Assembly (NCBI GenBank): GCA_023132875.1
Contig: JAGLXN010000032.1
Location: 1-43,237 of the forward strand
Direction: 5' to 3'
DNA from: Candidatus Parcubacteria bacterium
GTDB lineage: Bacteria; Patescibacteriota; Minisyncoccia; JAHIHE01; JAGLIN01
DNA: 43,237 bases
Position numbers and translations under genes: made by a program. The number at the start of each line of letters is the position of its first letter. The first letter of the stretch is position 1. The notes under the pieces are model-generated. The model saw nothing but the letters and a program-made list of their open reading frames with translations. It was not told the origin of the DNA and did not search any database. This document shows, piece by piece, positions 37,584 through 43,237 of the stretch.

Positions 37584-37588
37584 TTTCT

Positions 37589-37715
37589 GCGGGAACTGTT
37601 TTGTAAACAGTTCCAAATATTTCCCAAGTACATAAACCGTATTACAAAAATCATTTATATAATAATACAATTGAGATTTAAAAACATTAGGAACGGATTG
37701 CAAATCCGTTCCCGC
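37589..37715. repeat. inverted doublet of REP-like palindromes
   Basis: GCGGGAACTGTTTTGTAAACAGTTCC and GGAACGGATTGCAAATCCGTTCCCGC. Confidence 0.7.
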
Positions 37716-37852
37716 TAAAAAGATATTAAAAAAACTGTCTTACAAAATAAAGTTAAAAGAAACTTTTAATTTTAAAACCAAAAGAGGTTTATAATTTTAA
37801 TTAATAAACTATATAATGCAACAAAAACTTTTTTAATTTTTAATTTAATTCT

Positions 37853-38389
37853 ATGCCAAATATTAAACAATCATACCAAATAAAAAATATTTCTATTGAT
37901 AATGTCTATTTAGAAAGTTTAGAAATATTGAAAAAATTAGGAGCGTCAGATATAAAAGAAAATAACACAAACATGGGCATAAAAGAATTAACAGGAACAA
38001 TATCAAGTGCGTGGGGATGGGGAGGAATGAATATTTCTGTACATTTAGAACAATCATCTGATGATGTACTTTTTGTTTTGAATGGTTATATAGCACAAAT
38101 GAGTACAAGTCCTTTAACAAAACAGATGGACAATTTCCTTCAACAATTACAATCCACACTTAAAGAAAAACATAATTGCTTGTTTGAATATGAAAAATTA
38201 ACTCGTTTTTTACCAAAGTATAAAATGTCAATAAATATTAAGGATAAAAAAGTATTTATAACAATTGCAATTGTTCTTTTTGTAACAATGTTGTTAGGCG
38301 AATTTGGAGGACGAGGAGTTGAAATATTATTAACAGGTATAGTTGTTTTAATGGGATATAAATTAGGCAAAAAATATCTTTATAAATAA
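37853..38389 (+). CDS. hypothetical protein with two C-terminal TM helices
   Basis: 178-aa ORF with hydrophobic C-terminus. Confidence 0.6.
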   Translation: MPNIKQSYQIKNISIDNVYLESLEILKKLGASDIKENNTNMGIKELTGTISSAWGWGGMNISVHLEQSSDDVLFVLNGYIAQMSTSPLTKQMDNFLQQLQSTLKEKHNCLFEYEKLTRFLPKYKMSINIKDKKVFITIAIVLFVTMLLGEFGGRGVEILLTGIVVLMGYKLGKKYLYK

Positions 38390-38403
38390 TTTAATTAACC
38401 AAC

Positions 38404-38645
38404 TCCCTAATCACCAAACAAGTAGATTATTTCAGTTTAAGATAAACCGAATCTTAATCTAAAGTTTGTTGATTAGGGAAATAATAAGGGCTTAAGAAAA
38501 AACAAATTGTTTAATTCGTATTCAAATTTGCGACAGATAAACTTTTAAAAAATTGAAGAATAGCCGAGTTATTTTGAAAGTTTTTAAAAGTTTAGATAGC
38601 GTGAATTTGAATACGAAGTGAATAAGTTATTTTTTCTTAAGCCCT
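38404..38645 (+). promoter_or_regulatory. structured pnp 5' leader (two long hairpins)
   Basis: Stems 38404-38479 and 38487-38645 with G-U pairs, ending just before the AAGGA SD. Confidence 0.65.
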
Positions 38646-38662
38646 AAGAAAGGAATAAAAAA

Positions 38663-40753
38663 ATGGAAGTGAAAAGTTTTAAGAAAGATTTTGCGGGGAG
38701 GGAGCTGATCGTGGAAACAGGCAAAATGGCAAATCAAGCCAATGGTTCAGTGACAGTTCAATACGGCGGGACGGTAGTTTTGGCCACAGCCGTAATGAGC
38801 GACAATATTCGGGAAGGAATTAATTATTTTCCGCTAATGGTAGATTATGAAGAGCGGCTTTACGCGGCAGGGAAAATCAAAGGAAGCAGATTTATTAAGA
38901 GAGAAGGTCGTCCGACAGATGAGGCAATTTTGTCAGGACGAATGGTGGATCGAACGATCAGACCATTATTTAATGGTAGAATCAGAAATGATATTCAAGT
39001 TGTTTTAACGATTTTATCCGTGGATCAAGAAAACGATCCTGATATTTGCTCTTTAATCGGCGCTTCTTTGGCACTGGCGATTTCAGATATTCCATGGGAC
39101 GGACCGATCGGCGCGGTGCGAGTCGCTAAAATTGATGGAGAGTTAATTATTAACCCAACCTACGAACAAAGGGATAAATGCTTATTTGATGTTATTGTTG
39201 CCGGAAAAGATGACCAGATAAATATGATTGAAGGCGGCGGAAAAGAAGTTCTGGAAGAAGATATATTAGATAAAATTAAATTCTCCCAAAAATGCGTTAA
39301 AGAAATAATTAATTTCCAGAAAGAAATAATCGCGGAAATCGGCAAAGATAAAAAAGAAGCGAAATTAATTGAAGCAGATGAAAAAACGGAAGACGCGATG
39401 AGAAAATTTTTGGCGGACAGATTAAGCAAGGTTGTTTTCGCGAATAATAAAGATGAACAGCACAAAGAAGGAAAACAACTCAGAGAAGATTTGCATAAAT
39501 TTATAGAAGAGAAATTTAATGATGACGGAGATTTGAAATATATTGCTGATTTAGTGACAGACGAAGAAATAGATGCTTTGGTTCATAAAGAAATTTTAGA
39601 GAATAACAAACGACCAGACAAAAGAGGCGTGGAAGAAATTAGAAAAATCAGCGCACAAGTCGGGCTGTTGCCGAGAACACATGGTTCCGGACTTTTTAAC
39701 AGAGGAGAAACACAAGCCTTGACCGTGGCGACTTTAGGTTCGCCGGGAGACGAACAAACTTTAGACAGTATGGAAGAAGAAGGAACAAAAAGATTTATGC
39801 ATCACTATACTTTTCCTCCATTTTCGGTTGGTGAAGCCGCGCCAATGCGCGGACCGGGACGTAGAGAAATCGGACACGGCGCTTTGGCGGAAAAAGCGCT
39901 ACAGCCATTAATTCCAGCTGACAAAGAAAAATTTCCCTATACAATTCGTTTAGTATCTGAAATATTATCATCAAACGGATCTTCTTCAATGGCGAGCGTT
40001 TGCGGAAGTTCATTGGCGCTAATGGACGCGGGAGTTTTTATCCCAAGACCGGTAGCGGGAATCGCAATGGGACTGATTTCTGACAGTAATGGAAACCACA
40101 AAATATTAACCGACATTCAGGGATATGAAGACCACCACGGCGATATGGATTTCAAAGTCGCTGGCACAGAAAAGGGGATTACGGCAATGCAAATGGACGT
40201 AAAAGTCGCTGGGATAACTTTGGAAATAGTATCTGAGGTTCTATCTAAAGCAAGGGAAGCAAGAATGAGAATTATAGAAACAATGAATGAAGCAATTTCA
40301 GAATCGCGCGCTGATCTTTCCAAATACGCACCGCGAATTACGACAATGAAAATCAATCCCGAAAAAATAAAAGATGTTATCGGTCCGGGCGGAAAGATGA
40401 TCAATGAAATCATCGCGGAAACTGGCGTGGCAATAGATATTGAAGATGACGGGTTAGTGATGATCACTTCCAAAGATTCAGAAGCGGCGGCCAAAGCCGA
40501 AGAGTGGATTAAGAACTTAACCAGAGAAGTTGTCGCGGGAGAAATGTTTCAAGGAAAAGTTGTAAAAATTATGGACTTCGGAGCTTTTGTGGAAATTCTT
40601 CCAGGCAAAGACGGACTGGTTCATATTTCAGAGCTTGCAGAAGGTCGCGTTGAAAAAGTTGAAGACGTTGTAAAGATAGGAGATACTATTAAAGTTAAAG
40701 TAAAAGAAATTGATTCACAAGGAAGAATTAATTTGACTCACAAGGGAGTTTAA
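38663..40753 (+). CDS. pnp: polyribonucleotide nucleotidyltransferase (PNPase)
   Basis: FFPL-like YFPL, RREIGHG, SNGSSSMAS, DMDFKVAG, KH and S1 domains. Confidence 0.97.
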   Translation: MEVKSFKKDFAGRELIVETGKMANQANGSVTVQYGGTVVLATAVMSDNIREGINYFPLMVDYEERLYAAGKIKGSRFIKREGRPTDEAILSGRMVDRTIRPLFNGRIRNDIQVVLTILSVDQENDPDICSLIGASLALAISDIPWDGPIGAVRVAKIDGELIINPTYEQRDKCLFDVIVAGKDDQINMIEGGGKEVLEEDILDKIKFSQKCVKEIINFQKEIIAEIGKDKKEAKLIEADEKTEDAMRKFLADRLSKVVFANNKDEQHKEGKQLREDLHKFIEEKFNDDGDLKYIADLVTDEEIDALVHKEILENNKRPDKRGVEEIRKISAQVGLLPRTHGSGLFNRGETQALTVATLGSPGDEQTLDSMEEEGTKRFMHHYTFPPFSVGEAAPMRGPGRREIGHGALAEKALQPLIPADKEKFPYTIRLVSEILSSNGSSSMASVCGSSLALMDAGVFIPRPVAGIAMGLISDSNGNHKILTDIQGYEDHHGDMDFKVAGTEKGITAMQMDVKVAGITLEIVSEVLSKAREARMRIIETMNEAISESRADLSKYAPRITTMKINPEKIKDVIGPGGKMINEIIAETGVAIDIEDDGLVMITSKDSEAAAKAEEWIKNLTREVVAGEMFQGKVVKIMDFGAFVEILPGKDGLVHISELAEGRVEKVEDVVKIGDTIKVKVKEIDSQGRINLTHKGV

Positions 40754-40779
40754 GGCTTAGAATTATGGAATTTAAATTG

Positions 40780-40900
40780 AATGGTAATTTATGATAACTA
40801 GTAATAATTCATTGTAATTTGTTGTAACTTGTTGTAAAAATCTACAATTAGTTACTATTAATCACTATAAATTACGCGTAGCTAGTTACTATAAATTGCG
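40780..40900. repeat. inverted period-10 array pair after pnp
   Basis: TGTAATTTGT-like units then GTTACTATAA-like units. Confidence 0.7.
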
Positions 40901-40930
40901 TAAAATTCTTAAATCTTTAATACAACACTT

Positions 40931-42874
40931 ATGAAAAATGGCGCAAAAATAAGAACAATGAGTGACGACCTCAAAGATATAAAAAGCGATTCAACTAAAC
41001 AAGATGAGCAGCAAAAATCAGTATCCGAAACTGCCGCAAAAAAAATACAGCAGCCATCCGTTCAATTAAACTCAACTCAACCCGCCAAACCCAACACTTT
41101 GCAGGCTGTTCGTTCTGATATGCAACAACAGCCGGCAGAACCCGATGATAAACAGTCTGAGATAAAAGAAAAAACGGTTCCAGAGTCTCTAAATAATGAC
41201 TCTAATAAACCATTAATCAAACCAATTAGCGATCAAGACAATAAGCTGAAAGAGCTTATAAAAAAAATATCAGACCAAACAGATAAAGACTCTGATGATA
41301 AATATAAGACAGAAAAAAAAGAAGAGGTGACAGCTATATCACAATTAGAAAGAAAAGACGTCACAGCAAAAGAAACAGAAATAGTTGACGAGCTTGCCGG
41401 CAAAAACAAAAATGAATCGGAAATAAAGAAAGAAGATATATCAAAAGAAATCGCGAACGAGCCTGTAAAAAAAGAAGTTGATGATAAAAATACGGATGAT
41501 ATAGATAAACTAAAAAAGTTAATACACAGGATTTCAGAACCAAAATCCAGCATTGAAGAAAAACCAGAAAATAAAACTGTAGATTTAGAAAACACGAAAG
41601 AAAAAAATACAGCTAGCGGTACGGCAAGCCCTTTAGTTCAAAAACCTAAACAAAATATCCAGCAAAATCAAACGATAAAAAAACCGAAAAAACCTTTTTG
41701 GGGGAATATTTCAGAAAAATTAAAAAAAACCAGTGATTCAGAAAAAATCAACGCACTTAGCAGTAAAAAGAAAATTTCCGATATTATGGAAAACGATGAC
41801 AGTAAAACAAAAGAATTAGCCAGCCGATCGGGAATATTGCAAGATAATAAAGATGCGGAACAAAAGGAAGCGTCTCAAAAAGAAAATTTATCAAAAAAAG
41901 CTTACTACGATAAAAACTATGTATCTCCTAATGAAAGATTAATACACGGAAAACAAAAATTCTATAGTTCTGTTTCAAAAAGAATAAAACTAAGAGAAGA
42001 GAAAGATGAATTAAAAGACTTAGAAGATGCCGCAAAAATGAAAAAACAGAAAAAGATTGCCACAAAAGAAGAAGAATATAAAGAATTAAAAAAGAGTATA
42101 ATACAAAAATATCACATAAAATTGTTTTCCTTGCCTTGGAAAAAAATTATTTTTATTGCAGGTATTGTGTTTATATTAACAGGAAGCGCTTTATATTTTG
42201 TTTCAAAAATTAAACCTCCCGCTCCTCCCGCTCCTCCCGCGATTGTTACTGGCATTGAACTTGAAGAGTTTTCAAATCTGGAAAAAGAAATAATAATTGA
42301 AAAAAATGGTCTAAAAGGAAATGATACATGGCTGAAAATAAAAGCTGAAGAAATTTTTGATTCCAGCACAAACATAAAAATTATAAAGCTGATTATAATT
42401 GACAATAATACAAACAAAAATATTCTAACACTGGAAGAAGCTCTTGATACTATCGGTATAATTAATATTGAAGACAATATAAATTATCTTCCAAAAAACT
42501 TTTTAGAAATATCTACAAATAACTATAATTTGTTTATGTTTCAAGCAAATAAAAACTCTCTTAGATATGGATTAGCCATAAAAGTGAATAATGCAGATTC
42601 TATGTCTGTGATAATGGAATCATGGGAACAAGAAGGGGCAAAAAACAAAAAAATGACCAGTGTTCTCAAGCCATTATTTATAGATGATAAAAATTTTGAA
42701 GATGTGTTTGTTCCTTTATCAGCAACAAGGTATAGAAATGTTGAAATAAAATATGTTAGCTTAATAGATAAAGAAACCGCTTTGGATTATTTTATTTACA
42801 ATGACATATTAGTTTTTGCGACTTCAAAAGACAGCGCTTTTATGATGGTTGACTTATTGACTTCAAATGAATAA
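40931..42874 (+). CDS. bitopic hypothetical protein (long low-complexity N-terminus, TM, Pro linker, folded C-domain)
   Basis: IRTM..DL start, K/E/Q-rich region, IIFIAGIVFILTGSALYF, PPAPPAPP. Confidence 0.75.
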   Translation: MKNGAKIRTMSDDLKDIKSDSTKQDEQQKSVSETAAKKIQQPSVQLNSTQPAKPNTLQAVRSDMQQQPAEPDDKQSEIKEKTVPESLNNDSNKPLIKPISDQDNKLKELIKKISDQTDKDSDDKYKTEKKEEVTAISQLERKDVTAKETEIVDELAGKNKNESEIKKEDISKEIANEPVKKEVDDKNTDDIDKLKKLIHRISEPKSSIEEKPENKTVDLENTKEKNTASGTASPLVQKPKQNIQQNQTIKKPKKPFWGNISEKLKKTSDSEKINALSSKKKISDIMENDDSKTKELASRSGILQDNKDAEQKEASQKENLSKKAYYDKNYVSPNERLIHGKQKFYSSVSKRIKLREEKDELKDLEDAAKMKKQKKIATKEEEYKELKKSIIQKYHIKLFSLPWKKIIFIAGIVFILTGSALYFVSKIKPPAPPAPPAIVTGIELEEFSNLEKEIIIEKNGLKGNDTWLKIKAEEIFDSSTNIKIIKLIIIDNNTNKNILTLEEALDTIGIINIEDNINYLPKNFLEISTNNYNLFMFQANKNSLRYGLAIKVNNADSMSVIMESWEQEGAKNKKMTSVLKPLFIDDKNFEDVFVPLSATRYRNVEIKYVSLIDKETALDYFIYNDILVFATSKDSAFMMVDLLTSNE

Positions 42875-42925
42875 AGTTGAAATGCTCGTATTCAAATTCC
42901 TTAGCAATATAACAATTTAATAAAT

Positions 42926-43078
42926 ATGAAAAAAAGTAGAATTTTTCCAATAATAAGTTTTTTACTTCTTCTTGGGGCTATATTATTAGCAACATATTTT
43001 AAGAGTGCAGAAAAAAAACTAGAAATAGAGCAGAATCAGATGCAAAATGAAAGCTCAACCGTAAATCAAACGGAATAG
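42926..43078 (+). CDS. small membrane or secreted protein (50 aa)
   Basis: Hand-translated MKKSRIFPIISFLLLLGAILLATYF... Confidence 0.5.
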   Translation: MKKSRIFPIISFLLLLGAILLATYFKSAEKKLEIEQNQMQNESSTVNQTE

Positions 43079-43102
43079 AAAATTATTCCTTGCGCGTTCG
43101 TT

Positions 43103-43131
43103 GGCTCCATACTCCCGTGTGGAGCCTTTTT
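43103..43131 (+). terminator. intrinsic terminator
   Basis: GGCTCCATAC-TCCC-GTGTGGAGCC-TTTTT. Confidence 0.6.
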
Positions 43132-43237
43132 GCAAGATTTTCTCCAATAAACTAAATGGTAAAATACCCTTTTCTTTTTGTTTATTTATTGATAGACTGA
43201 GATTATGATAAATTAAATTGCTGTATTGTTATATTGT

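Noticed and set aside
42214-42240. (CCTCCCGCT)n as a mobile repeat
   Set aside because: In-frame 9-mer encoding an ordinary PPA linker after the TM helix
3031-42477. Many antisense or alternate-frame ORFs in the track (e.g. 4316, 10796, 14206, 35036, 39160, 41233)
   Set aside because: Shadow ORFs of well-supported genes, with F/S/L/I-rich antisense composition

Overview
AT-rich bacterial chromosomal window, most consistent with a Patescibacteria/CPR (Parcubacteria-like) genome. This assignment is inferred from the VirB2-like pilin array, the DUF4012 protein, the rpsO-NYN-pnp order and tRNAs lacking encoded CCA. Housekeeping genes are nth, a CCA-adding enzyme, an IscU-like scaffold, a XerC/D-like recombinase, rpsO, pnp and four tRNAs (Ala-CGC, Arg-CCT, Ala-GGC, Leu-TAG). 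They flank a ~25 kb surface-glycan region (9.4-34.1 kb) containing five GT4s, two GT2 polyprenyl-phosphate-sugar synthases, Ugd, a Wzx flippase, Wzz-like and DUF4012 proteins, a kinase plus NTase/P-loop kinase module, four GT-C membrane glycosyltransferases and four tandem VirB2-like pilins. Main candidates for new biology: (1) a possible protein-glycosylation system, since one GT-C carries STT3/AglB-like motifs and three of four pilins carry an aligned N-x-T sequon; (2) period-8 inverted repeat arrays that read as tandem extended -10 boxes, positioned 6 nt before start codons and mature tRNA 5' ends; (3) tandem tRNA 3'-end fragments with an identical double hairpin inserted in the T-loop; (4) heptamer arrays and REP-like palindromes sitting in-frame inside proteins; (5) a long, likely RNase III-type stem ahead of pnp. 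All calls come from reading the sequence; no searches were run.
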